A stretch of DNA of 63,048 bases, the filler included, from Bipalium vagum (lineage: Eukaryota), in the NCBI GenBank assembly GCA_037834085.1. It is 3 parts of 3 records of this genome, joined end to end, with 100 filler letters (N's around TTAATTAATTAA, not from the genome) between each part and the next. Parts side by side here need not be neighbours in the genome. Positions count along the whole stretch, not along the records: positions 27,752 to 46,839 come from JBBMKC010011027.1; positions 46,940 to 63,048 come from JBBMKC010126718.1; 1 more part is not named here. One strand, written 5' to 3'. Below the pieces are notes generated by a model. The model had not been told where the DNA came from, ran no database searches, and saw nothing but the letters and a program-made list of their open reading frames with translations. Within the stretch, counting starts at the first letter, position 1; every line of letters starts with the position of its first letter. Of this stretch, positions 35,301 through 48,419 are shown piece by piece. A program made the position numbers and the translations under genes.

Positions 35301-38300
35301 TAACCATAATATTTATCAACTTTTTCTTTTGCTGTTTTCTTTCGTAAAAAAATAATGCTTAATTAATATGCGGAATTCTCCTTTTTCCATCTAAAAAATC
35401 AAATTGAGTATGTAATTTTAATGTTTGTGGATAATTTTAACATTAAAATTTGGAATTTCATAGTTTAAAAGAATGCGCTTTTCATTAGTTTTGGTAATTT
35501 TTTAGTATTAGTGTTTTTTCAGGCTAGGGACTTTTCGAACGACCTAGTATTTTTCTAAATGAACGAAAATTTCATAACACCTTTCTCTGTAATTTGAGAC
35601 TCATAAATTAATAGTCCTAAATATTTTGATAATTCTTTGTATAATTTCTTTTGCTAATTAATAAATGCATAAAAGGTCATGACTAAGTTATAATTATAAC
35701 CAAATATTTATATTTCATTATTTGCAAAAAACGCACTGTGTTATTTATTATATTAATTCGCTAATAGAATCCACTCAGTATTTTTAAAGAGACTTTTAAA
35801 ATGTCTTTCTAAATGTTTTTTATCGTTAATAATTTTCTAAAATGTTCCTTTTTAATTATCTTTTCTATAAATGTTTGCAATTATGTATTTTAAAAAAGTA
35901 GGAGACTTGAATTCTTTTTTATTTTCTATTATTTTTTCATAAATTTCTAAATCATCTAGATTAAAAATTATCTCATGATTCAAATAAAAACTTTCGATAA
36001 ATATGATTTCCCAAAACCCCTTTTTCAATTAATGATTAAAATTTTCAAAAGGTAAATAAATAATCGGAAACAACCTTTTCCTTAACGGCGAGGGTTTACA
36101 CTAAAATTCATATCAGAAAGAAAAATAGTCTTTTTTCATTTATTTATTTTATTAAAAGAAATGTAAGTTTCAGGAATTTGTATTTTATCATTGTGTTAAG
36201 GAGAAAAACTATTTTTCGAAAATTTATTATTCTAATTATTCAATATTATAAAATTATTGAAATTATTTTCACAATAATCATTAAATTTTTCATTATTATT
36301 GATTTTTATTGATAAAAGGTTTTGGACATCATTCAACTTCATTTATAAACCACTTAATAAATGAGATTGTGGCACCTCGAGGTTGATATGGTTTCCAAAT
36401 AAAATTTTAGTATTATCTAACAACAATGAATATCACATATTTGTTTATTGTTTGTCGTTTCAGTTGTGACAAGTTCACTTTCGATTTTTGTTTTAGACGT
36501 CATTTAGTTAAGAGGACTCAGTAAAATAATATTACTCGGCAGTTGGGTCTGTAAAATTGATTCAGTTATACCCTCTTTAAACCTGTCTGTACTTCTACGA
36601 AAGTGAAAAAATTTAATCCTAACAATAATGATTTTGTTTCTGAACATTATTTACTTTATAGGCTTGCAATTCAGTTCACAAACAATTGGGTTTATATGAT
36701 TTGTTTAAATAAAAATATTAGGAAGTTTTAGTTTTACGGAGAAAATTATTAAATAACATTAGGTTTGTCAAAAAACAGGATTTAGAAATATAATATGGCT
36801 CATACATATAATATTTTTAATATATAATGTAATGAATTAAGTTAAAATAGAAAGCGGAATATAAATGTAATAAAGAAATATGCGGATTTCCATCTTTGAC
36901 TCTGAATTTACATACAACTTAATAAATCTTAAATCTTATTTATCACACTATATATATATATATATACATACTAAATTGATTTGAAATATTTTATACATTC
37001 ACGGTAAACATTAAAAAGCACTCAACTTTATACTATATTTATATATTTTTTACAAAGATTAAAACTCAATAGTTGTACAATTCAATTAATTAACTATAGT
37101 AGATATGTCTCTTAACTTTGTTGTGAAAGTCAACGAAAAGTCAACTTTTGTAAAAACGTTTATGCGTAGTGTTTGAATAAAATTATAATCATTAAATATT
37201 TTCAATTATTATTTATTAATAATTTTTTCAATTTCATTAAAAATTACGTACCGTTGATTTTGTCTTAACTATTAATATTATATTTATATTTATATTTGAT
37301 ATTATATTTATATTAATATAATATTTCACCCAAAAAGTTTAAAAGTTCCACTTTTAAAAAAATGATATAAATAATAAACTCATTTTATTTATTTTTATTT
37401 ATTATTTATTAATCATTCAAATTTACATGGTTGGATCATTATTTCTGAACATTATCAAATTAAACAGTTTTATATATTTATTGAAAAAAGCAAGCTTCTA
37501 TAATTAGTTCTTAGCAAAAGTATAAGTTAGATCTTCCTTTATGGAAATCTCAATGTTGTATCATTTTATATTAACAAATGTCTCGACTTTTCTAAATACT
37601 TATGCTGTAGACATTCTCCATCACTCAAAATTTGAAACCTGAAATATTTTTTATTGATGATTGGTAGTCTTAATATGTTGTACACTTAAATTTACTAAAA
37701 TTATACATTTGCTTATCTTACATATATTTTAGCAAATGAGTAAAAAGTACAAATTGGAAGAAATTTATTTGCAAAGATGGTTTCGCAGAAGACGGAATCA
37801 AAACAAATCAGATATATTAACAAAATTTACGGAATCCGCGTGAGTTGTTATCATATGAGTTATTTTTCTGTTATATAAATAAATTTAGAAATATTTTTTA
37901 ACATTTTGAAATTATTTTCTTTAATAATTATTGGAGTATATATGGAGACATCCATATCCTTATAAAAAGTTTAGAACTAGAGACTTTAAAACTGATTAGC
38001 ACGAATAGTTTTTAATCCATGCTTGAAAAAAATTAATAATTTAAAGAGAAAATGTATTACGCTAATCGGAAATCCTCTGTATTTTTATATTTTGTACGAA
38101 GAATGTTTTATAAAAAATATTGATCATTTTATTTAACAATGATAATTTTAGTTAATGAGGTTGTTATAACTAAGGAGCGTGTTACAAAATTTTGATTCAC
38201 TGAGTTGAATTTCATTCAGTTTATGTGAAACCAAAATATCAAGCATTTTCTTCAAGTGATCATTAGTAGTTATTCTGGGTGAATTCAACTTCTTAGCAAT

Positions 38301-41300
38301 AGCATGACGGTAATGTGTCGGTCAGCTTCAATTAAAATCTTTATTCAGTCCTCGTTAAGTCTTTTTGGTCTATCAGAATGTGATGTATCCTGAAAGGAAA
38401 ATTTTTCATCTTCGATTTTTATCTTAGCTTCTATTTTTTTGAAAAAATAATATTAAATGTCTAAAATTCTCATTTATATTATCCGTTGTCAAAAGTGGGC
38501 ATGCATGAATTTGATGCAACATTAAAATTTTACAATATTAATATTATAAAAATAATTAATGTCCTAAATCCTTATCCAGTTCACATTACCGATTTTATAA
38601 TGACGAATTTTTTCATAAGAAACAACCTTTTGACGGAATAAAATTCAAACAGATGATTCTAACAGAACTGTTTGAGTTCCGTATCTTGCCTTCTTAGCCT
38701 ACTTCAATTTTGTCCATATGCTTTCGATGCGATTTGTGGTGGAATATGAAAAGAATGGCGAAATTGGATCGACGTACCCATTTTTAGTTCTCATGATTAA
38801 TTTCCCCAATCTAAAATTGTATTATTGTTTCCAATGTCGAGTTGAAATTTGCTTTCGATGATCCATAACGAAAAGGCACATCATTTTGTAATCGATGAGG
38901 CCAATTGCATAAGTGCCAATATGCCAAATGTTTTTTTTCACAAATAATTGGATTTTGTAATTTAAAATTCATTAAAACCATTTTCAATCTTGCAAAAATA
39001 AATGAACTTTTTTGAAAACATCAACATTTTCTGGAACACAGTGTATAGTAATCAAAAGATTGGTTTTATTTCTATTTTTTGAAAATATAAAATAACTTCA
39101 ATAACACAATTCCACAGGCACTAAACTGACGTGTAAAAAAGAGTCCTTTGTAGAGAAAACAAAAATAATATGAATAATGTGAATAAGCATCAGTGAGATT
39201 AAATTATTTTATTTTCAGATGGCGATTCACGTATTATCTAACAATATTCATTATCGGATGCTGGGTTCTGAGTGATGTAAATTTTACTAATTATTGTTGT
39301 TGAAATTTCTTTCTGTTTATTTTAACTAAGTTACCTTCTTTTAATTTTATGAACACAATTTATTTTTCATAACAGATTCCATCTTTCGTTAATTTGTTAT
39401 GTTGAACAGGAGGCTTTTTTCTTTCTCTTTTATTAAAGTTCAACTTTTTATTTTTGAGATTACATGGAACAGAAATGATTCCAGAAATTTCGAAATGGAA
39501 ATGAATCTGTTTAGGATGAAGAAAATTTTTTAAAATAAATAGTCCAGAAACACACAAAGCAAAGTATATCAGATAAGCAGTAAAGATGCATGTTTCCCAA
39601 GAAGCAATTCGAACATCTGAAGGCGATTGGAAAAGTCAAGAAAATGAATAAATGAGTACCACATGATCTTACGGAAATCCCTATGAAAAGAAGACTAGGA
39701 ATAGGAACATTTCTTCTCAGAAAACAATCCACTGACCTCTTCTTGAATCATATCATTACTTGTGATGAAAGTGGATTGTTTAATAAAACCTCAAACGTTC
39801 TGCACAATGGTTATCAGCTCATGAATCCCCAAAGAAGTTCCAAAAATGAATCTCCGTCCAAAGAAGTGCATGATTACTGTATGATAGTCTACTGCAAGAT
39901 TTATTCACTTTTCTTTCATGAAAACCTGATGAATAATCACTGGGGCATCATACTGTGAGAAGTTGGAGAAAATATACAAAATGGTACAAAAACAGTCGCC
40001 TTTAGTCAATCAAAATGGTCATATACTCATTCATGACAATGCACGTTCGTGAAAAAGGATAGAGCATTGGCGAAAATTCAAATATCAGGCTACGAACTGG
40101 GTAATTAAAGCAAAACAAGTAGAAAAACACTTAATTCTTATTTAGAAAAAATGTAATACTCAATTGCTTCATTGTTTTCGATTGCAAATTCTCTATTTTC
40201 TTTTTCAAGTCAAAAATACTTTTTTATCTTTCTTAGTCGTATCAGGATTGTTATCAAGGAAACGTCAACTTAATCTTTCTTATTCGGCTTGTCGATGGGT
40301 ATCACATTTTTAGGAAGACATTTAACGATATGATTATAAGGAGTGATTCGAAGAATTAGTATATTTGAATTTTTTTTAATGAAGACCTCACGCCATAATT
40401 AACAATTATTAAATTTTTTTAATTTAAGTTTTTAAAAATTATAATGTTATATTTTTTTAAATTTTTAAATAAATATTTTAAATAAATGTTGGTTAATTTT
40501 TAAAAAGTAAATAATTTAATTTTAATAAAAGTTGAGGTCCAAGTTTGAAAAGTTTGTTTAATTAATCTGATTTAATGAAATATATTATTATTATGGCTTC
40601 GACTTTAAATTCTGATTTACAAATTACTGCACAAGAATGTAACTATGATATTTTATGATATATTCAAGGTTTTATCCACACACTTATTTCATGTTTAAGA
40701 TATGGGATTATTGCCTTGTTTTTTAACAGAAGTCAAAAAAAATTTTTTAATTTATCAATATTTAGTTTTTTAATAAAAATTTTTATTATTTTGGGAAATT
40801 TTAAATATAATATTTTTAAATAAAATATTTTTTTTATTTTGTTATTTGTTAATTTTAGCAACAATTTATCTGGGATTCATCATTAATGTGGGACAGGATT
40901 CCATTTTTTGTAAGTATTTCATTTTGGTCGGAAATTAAAATTATTTGTTTATAATAAATGATGTAATAAGATAGAAATTGAAACAATTTCAATGGCTTTA
41001 TATAAAATTGTCAATCCTCTTTGGTCTTAATTTATTGGACAAAAAGTATTAAAAGGCTTGTGGAACTAAAAAACAAATAACAATCAAAATACAATTAACT
41101 TTATTGAACAGAAGTATTACCAATTACATCTATAAACTTTTACCATTTTTACCAAAGCAAGAATCAATCAAATTTTGTGCTTCATCTTTGTTTATGAAGT
41201 GATCAAATCAAAAATATCTTTCAATAATAGAGAATGATAAAAATCGTAAGTTAAAAACAATACTTCACATGTTGCTGCATTTCTGAAGTCTAGAGTAGTT

Positions 41301-44300
41301 GATTTATGTTGTCCTTCAACTTTCAATTTTCTTTATTTCGTTTACCAGGTTCATTAATTGTTCGCGGTAACATGCTTTTGTTTCCTCTATTTAACAAGCT
41401 AGGGATAAAGAATCTCTTTCGTATCTCACCGAGTAGTTAAAAAGCTTTTTGTAAATGGCTCTTTTAAAAATTGGTATGTATGAATATTCATCAATAAGTG
41501 ACTGTACAGTGTGGGTTCCGAGGACATTGCAGAAATGACAAAGTACTGAGAAGCTTAAAAGCTGAGTTTTCTTTGAGTGGCTTAACTGATATGAGATTCA
41601 TTGGAATATCGAAAATTTTCATTAAATTTAGCCCTATAGGATAAATTTGACTTTTTAAACTCACTGAATTTTTGCATTTATGTCACTCTTAGACTCGCAT
41701 CCCAACTGCTCTTTAGAATTCATATTGTTATGATATCTGGATAAATCAAAATCGATACTTGAAAGTTTCTAAACCAATTTTGTCATCGATTTTCCTTATA
41801 GATTACTTATTAGACAAATAATAATCATGATTAAGGTAAATGACGTTTATATTTTGAAATGTTATTCAATCAGGCTTGAAAATTATTTCTCGAACATCTT
41901 ATGATTTAAATCTAAATTCAACCTTGCCTTCTTTTGGTCTATTCTAATAAACGTGGATCTGTTGATTATAATTTATAGTTTATTTATTAGCTTCTTATGG
42001 TAGATAGCATATTATATATAAAGTGGAAAAATAATATTTAATAATGTAATATAATATAAAATTTAACTGAAATGTCTTATGCTTTATTTATATTTTGACC
42101 TTTATTTTGTATTAGAATATTACTCCGTATATGTTTTGGTATATAATGGTCGAATTGGGATATTATTGGGCTTCTCTGCTAACAATTTTCTTCGATGTTA
42201 AAAGAAAAGTATATTTTCTTATTTTTATTTTATGATGATATTTTATTTATTGTTTATGTTTTTTTCTTATAACTGTAAATGAAAAATCGATGCTTAGTAA
42301 TTTAATTTTGTTGATTGTTTATTTCAGGTTGATGAAAATGCAAAATAAAGTGATCTAATATATTTATTTATTATTAATGTATAAAAATTAATTATATATA
42401 TAAAGCTAAAAGTATTTTTCTTATTTTGTTATTTGTTAATTATATTATATTATATGTTACAATCTATTATATATTAAATTATATTTTATATTATATTATA
42501 TTTTTTATATTATAATTATATATTATGTTATATTATATATTATATCTTCTAATGTATAGATCGTAGTATATTTTTCTATTTATTTTTTATAATTTTTTGA
42601 AAAAATTAAACTGTGTTAATTTTGCGATGACATCATACAAGTTTTCTAATGAAAAATATGATATTAAATATTATTTTATTTTTGGTTAATTAATCTGATC
42701 CGTTTCTGGTGTTGTTATATTAATAATATTATTTAATTTCGAAACTAATTTTATTCAGAATAAATTTCAATAATGAAATGTCAAACTTCATTGAAATAAA
42801 TATTGCAATAGGTTTAATTCCGTTTACATAATTATATTTAGTATAACATCACAGAAAAAATTAGAGAATAAATAATTTTTCACTTGGAATTTCAAGCTCA
42901 TTTTTACCTTGTTACAATTTCTATTTCTTTCATTTAAAAATTTTTCTATTATTGACTTTACCTTTACTATTCTGAAAACTTTACTGGTCAACAAAAAAGA
43001 ACTTTTATTTCTCATCATAAATAAATTCATGTTTTTCTAAATCCGCTTTTAACTCTGATTTCAAAAATGTTTTGCTCTAGCACGCCAGAAATTTAATTTT
43101 GACTAATTTTAAATTTTAATGGTATTTCAATGGATTTATTTTAACGTGATTGTGTTACCTCCACAACATTTTACAAAATATTAAATTCTCATTAACATTG
43201 TACTCATAACGACTCTTAATAGTGTCGTGAATAAGACTTTAAAATATTTTCTCTCAGGATAATTTCTGTACAAATTTCAATAGAGGTCTACCAGCTTACT
43301 CTCATTCTAAAAACCTTTAAAAATGTATTTTTTTCAAATTAATATTTTTTATGAAGATAATCATAAATGTACATTTAGGATTTTTGGGAAATGCTCATCC
43401 ACCATTTAGTGACGATCTCCTTAATTTGTATGGCCTGGATTCAAAACTTTATTGCAGTTTCACTGTTTGTGTTGTGTCTACATGATGTTGTTGATTATAT
43501 TATGGAGGTATTAGTTGAATTGGTTCAAGATATTATTATCGGTTAAATTTTTTTAAGGCTGCAAAAATGATGAGATATATCAACAAAATTTTTATTTGTC
43601 ACATTCTTTTTATTATTTTTACCTTGACGTGGTTTGTTTCCAGACTTGCAATTTATCCTAGCAAGTAATAGTCGATTATTAATTTATTTTCTTTTAATTA
43701 AATATACTATTTACACAAATTAATGATTAATGATTTTCATTGAACTTAAATATCACAATAGAGTGAATATTTGAAAGGATGATTCACTTTAATTTTACTT
43801 AAAAATAAAATAAAATATTTATTTTATCATTAGCAAGCATAAATATTTATTTAATTGACAATGTGATAACCAATCTCAAATGAAGTTCATTTAAGACAAG
43901 TTCTTCATAAAAATAGAACATATCCAATAAACTACATTGTTTTATTATTTTACATGTCATATATTAGGTGACCTAAGAAGTTTCCTTCGCCATAAGTTGT
44001 CTCCACGAATTCAAATTTTTTAAAAATTCGATGTTTTATGAGATTTTATTTACTGAAATGTAAAAATTATGTGCCGATTAAGAAAGAAGAGCACTGAAGT
44101 GGTTCCCATGATTTTGCCAAAGTTGAATGACGAACCTCGTTTTTGCATTCCAATTGCAGATAAAGAAGAAATCGTGAAAATAACCAAGCAAAACCGTTAC
44201 ACAAGTAGTTATGATATTGCTAAAGATCTAGGCATTTATCAAAAAATTCAATCAAGAAGTTTGTGGTAAAATGAAGTTGAAGTGTTTAGAAGTTATAAAG

Positions 44301-44686
44301 GTAAAGTGATCTTGATGAAGAATCCTTAGAAAAATATAAAATAATAATAATTAATCAATAAGTTTACAGAGATGAAAATGAAAACAGTTTTATTTGCAAA
44401 GTCAGAAAATACATGACGTCATTAAATAATTTAAGTGGTGACTGTTAGAGCGAGAATTGGAGTTTTGTTTTTTTTCAGAAAACAAAATATACTAGATTTA
44501 TGGTAGTCCCAATATTTATTATTATTTTTTAATTTTAGGATTATTTATTCTGCATTTGCTTATGCCCCATTGCACTATCCAGGAGCAATAATGTGCCGGG
44601 TTCTGCTGCTGATCCTACAAATTCTACATATTATCTGGTTTGTCATGATCATCAGAATATTATTTCAGGCTTTTGATGATACTGGG
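32336..44686 (+). CDS. Ceramide synthase (CerS/LASS, homeodomain-like + TLC domain); exons 32336-32508, 32559-32685, 37733-37839, 39219-39276, 40859-40909, 42116-42208, 43379-43507, 43558-43664, 44539-44686; 3' end uncertain
   Basis: FWLPENYTWADL; RWFRRRRNQ...KFTESAWRFTYY; Lag1p motif RKDFWEMLIHHLVT...LHDVVDYIMEAAKM; SRLAIYP; LQILHIIW. All junctions are GT-AG and phase-consistent. The gene is absent from the ORF track because the exons are short. Confidence 0.92.
34900..35549 (-). mobile_element. Mariner 5' remnant in a CerS intron
   Basis: SAPSYSTVKKWFADFKRGR and KWMPRTL (WVPxxL motif). TIR-like TACTAGGTCGTTCGAAAAGTCCC on the minus strand. Confidence 0.8.
38600..38810 (-). mobile_element. 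Merlin/ISXO2-like transposase C-terminal remnant
   Basis: YVDPIS...TTNRIESIWTKLK*AKKARYGT matches the ISXO2-type FVDP..HTNxIExxW motif. Confidence 0.55.
39480..40060 (+). mobile_element. Mariner transposase remnant
   Basis: HLKAIGKVKKMNK*VPHDL, IITCDE and LIHDNARS motifs, with frameshifts. Confidence 0.8.
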
Positions 44687-46499
44687 GTAATAAGTTGTTT
44701 TGTAAAAAATTGAAAATTAAAGCATTATACTAATAAATAGGTTGTAACACAATTTTCTTGATTTTGAGTAATATATTTATAAATAATAAAACATTTTACT
44801 TATAAATAATAATTTTAAAAAATCAATCAAAAATGAATTACCACACTGGAACATCCCACATATTTTCTTGATTTTATTTCTTTTCCCGAAAATTTAATCT
44901 GTGTTAAAAGGAACTCGTTTTGAGTCTTTAGAAGCTGTTAAAAAGAAAAAAGAAAAGTTATTAAAACATTTGTCAAAAAATTGACATCAACACGCTTTCG
45001 ACAAGTGGAGAATAAAAATGCTTCGATGTCTGTCGGCCAAAGGAGAATATTTTGAAGTAGATAAATTATAAATGTTGTAAATATACTCATGACCAAGAAA
45101 ATAGTACACTTTTATTATGAAATCTGAAGAATTTCAAAATAATATTTTTGAGGATTCATATAGATATTACGCTGTGGTATTTTATTATATACATCACTTT
45201 TTATTCACTTGTTGCTGTAAATAATGGTACAATTATCAGAATTTCAAAAAGGCTTTCTATGTGGATCGAAATTGATGGCTGACCGGCATGTGGAATGACT
45301 TGAAAGTTGAATGTGCTATTTTCGTATTTCTGGTACCAATACTTTGGAGTAGTCCAAACCAAAATGTTTATCGAACAAATTTATTTGATCTAGATTAAAA
45401 TAAAATAGCAAAGCTAGCTGAAATGTTGCTTTTTTATTAAACTTGGCACTGCATTTCAAAGCTGTCAAATTTTAATAAAATAAGAAGATATAAAAGAAAC
45501 TTATCTGTATTTTTGTAGATCAAAAAACGATTTTTAAAATAAGTGTACTTGGTAGTAAACAGAGATGATATGATACAACAAAACCATAAAATAATAAAAT
45601 CACAACAAATTATGTTGCAACCTAATATAATAATTTTTTCAATTCCATTTTAAAAACTTCCGATTTTTCTTAATTAATTAAGCAAAAGTAATGCACAAAA
45701 GTATTATATATTAAGGCATAATTAAAAGTCAAAGAAATAGTTGAATAAATCTTATCAGTTAAGCCTATATTTATTGGCAATATTGGGTAAAATATTTTTG
45801 GAAAAATCAATATCAGACTTGAGAATTATCAAAAGCACTTGCTTGAATTAAGTAAATAAGTGTTGCTACCAGTCGTCTGGTTCTGATTTTGTCAGCAAAA
45901 TACGATTTTATGAGCGCTGGTTGTGGTGCCTATACTTCTGATGGAGTGATAGGCAGTTTTTGTTCATTGTAACTTAAAAGAACAATACGCCAATTGAAAT
46001 AGTTAAAAAGTTTTGTGCATATTTGTGGGTGGTTGAATTTAATTTAATTGGTCAAACAGATTTTTTGTAACAAAATTAAAATTTATGATTTAAATCTTAT
46101 ACTAATTTTCAAGATGATCCAAATTGATAATAAATGTACTAGTTTTATCTACGTGTAACCTTAGTAATTTCAATATCACCTTTTGACCTCTGATATAAAT
46201 TTTAATTATTATTATTATTATATTAATTCTTTCAACGGTATAACTATTTGTTAATGGGATGTAGGAAAGTCAAAGCTGCACGGTTGAGTACGCGTATTAC
46301 TCAACTAAACTATACTAGAATATACGTAGCTAAAGCTCAAGTATTGAGCACAAGTACACTTAATATTTATAACTCATCTAAGGTTCAAATTAAATTTACC
46401 AATATTTTTTAAGTGTATTTTTTGTTAAATATTTCAATTTTTCAGCTACAAACCCGAATGGTGCGAGTTATGTAATCATATAATGTAAAAAGAAAATTA

Positions 46500-46790
46500 T
46501 ACACTGTTTTCACCTCTATTTTGAGATTGTAAAGTTTAATTTGACAAAATTATCGGCTGTACAGCAAAATTTTATTAAAGAGTGGATTGATGAAGACTGT
46601 TCGATCTCTTTAACAAAAAATGCTGATAAATGTTTGGAAGAATTCAATGTGACGTTTCAAAGACTATAATCAACAATATTATATCAGATTTTAATTATAC
46701 CTTGAAACGAGTGCATAATATTCCAGCAAAAGGAAATGATGCACCCAATATACAGTTGCCGCTAAAAGTTTAGCATATTTTATTGAAAGG
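46500..46790 (+). mobile_element. IS630/Tc1-type transposase N-terminal remnant
   Basis: EWIDEDCSISL...KCLEEFNVT.SKTII...DFNYTLKRVHNIP is a typical HTH-linker region of DDE_3 transposases. Confidence 0.55.
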
Positions 46791-46839
46791 CAAAAAATAA
46801 GATATTATTAATATATTTCTATTCAATTTTTTCATTTTT

Positions 46840-46939
46840 NNNNNNNNNNNNNNNNNNNNNNNNNNNNNNNNNNNNNNNNNNNNTTAATTAATTAANNNNN
46901 NNNNNNNNNNNNNNNNNNNNNNNNNNNNNNNNNNNNNNN
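46840..46939. other. Artificial contig spacer
   Basis: 44 N + TTAATTAATTAA + 44 N, identical to the first spacer. Confidence 0.97.
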
Positions 46940-47188
46940 AATCACTAATACAATATTTAATGACAAATTAAAATGTTCGCTATCACAAATAAATAAAATC
47001 AGCTTTAAATGTTTGAAGAAAAACTTCCCAATAGCTCCTCATCTTTTCTTCTTCTTAGTTGATGATTCCCACAAAAACATTACTATTCTGAAAAATCGAT
47101 TGATAACTTGGAGAGCTATCTTGATTCATTTTTTGTAAACTTTTCAAATTAGAACAAATTAATGCAAATTAAAATAAATTTTGATTGT

Positions 47189-48400
47189 TTAAAAACTAGT
47201 TTTCTGTAATTCGTTTTCATAAAACCTTCCAATTATTTCTTTTCTATTTTTATCCATAATTCCATATACAACTGGAGTTTTATTTATTTATTATAAAAAT
47301 TTCATCTATCCATTTTGCAATATATCCTTTTTCAAATTTATGTTTATATTTAAAAATTCTATCTTTATCTCCGATATGGAATTTAGTTTTAGATTTTAAA
47401 ATTTCATTACTTTCAATAGTTTCACTCTCTTCTTTTATAACTTTTAATTTTTCTGGATTAGTCGTCGGCTTAGCCAACTTTGTTGGACTTTCGCTTAACC
47501 GCTTCCAGTGGTCATTCCAATTGAGCTATGAATTTTATTGTTGTAAAAATTAATTAAGTTTGGTAATAAATGAATCCATTTTCAATTTCCTTGTTCTGTA
47601 AATTTTTTAGAGTTCTATTAAATCTTTCTATTACTTCTCCTTTGCCTTCATTTTCAGTTGAGTAAATTTCTATTTCGTTATCATCAGAAAAATCTTCAAA
47701 AGTTTTATTGTAAAATTCTGTTCCTTTATCCACCCAAAGTTTTTCTGGAACTCTATAAGAATTTTCAAATATTTTATCAAAAGCATCTGTAATTGATTGT
47801 CCTGTTTTATTTTTTAAAAGAACAGCAAAAGCAAAGCGAGTATATAAATAAATAACTGTTAGAATTATTTTATAATCTTTTTCTCCTGGAACAAATGTAA
47901 GGTCTGTAGACCAAATATCATCTTTATTATTAACTTTAACTTTTAGAAAATTTTTAGTTTTTCTAAATTCTTTATGAAGTTTTTTTGCTAATTGCTTACT
48001 TTTCTCAGGAGGTAAAATTTTAGAATTTTCAAATATTTTTTCAGTTGCTAATTTTTTTGATTCTCTTGATAAACCTAAACCTAAAGCTATCTTTCCTTTC
48101 ATTATTAATTTTACTATTGCTCTTTCAAGTTTTTCTCTTGGTTTTTGAATATGGATTTTGAATATTTTTTCATTTCTACATTTTCAACATGTCTATCTTT
48201 TAAATCTGTTGACATATTTTACATCATGTTTCATTACTGCTTGATTAACTCGATTTATTGGAATTGAATCAGGTTTTGGAATTGAGAGAATTGATAAATC
48301 TTGATTGTCTTCAAAATTTTCTAATATTTCATTATAGTTTTCTAAACGTTTATCAACATGAGTTCTAGGTCCTGTAAAATTTGATCGAGGATCATATAAT
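47189..48400 (-). pseudogene. Polinton retroviral-like (rve) integrase preceded by a parvovirus-type PLA2 domain
   Basis: NFTGPRTHVDKRL...PINRVNQAVMKHDVKY...REKLERAIVKLIMKGKIALGLG runs into LAKKLHK...DIWSTDL...LWVDKGTEF...IERFNRTLK (33 residues between the second D and E). The C-terminus is KFHIGD..RI...FEKGY..KW..E...GRFYENELQ. Frameshifted. Confidence 0.9.
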
Positions 48401-48419
48401 TTTTTCCTTTCCCGTTTTC

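Noticed and set aside
41100-41780. Possible piggyBac remnant on the minus strand
   Set aside because: Only one weak TV.IDE-like motif; too decayed to call.
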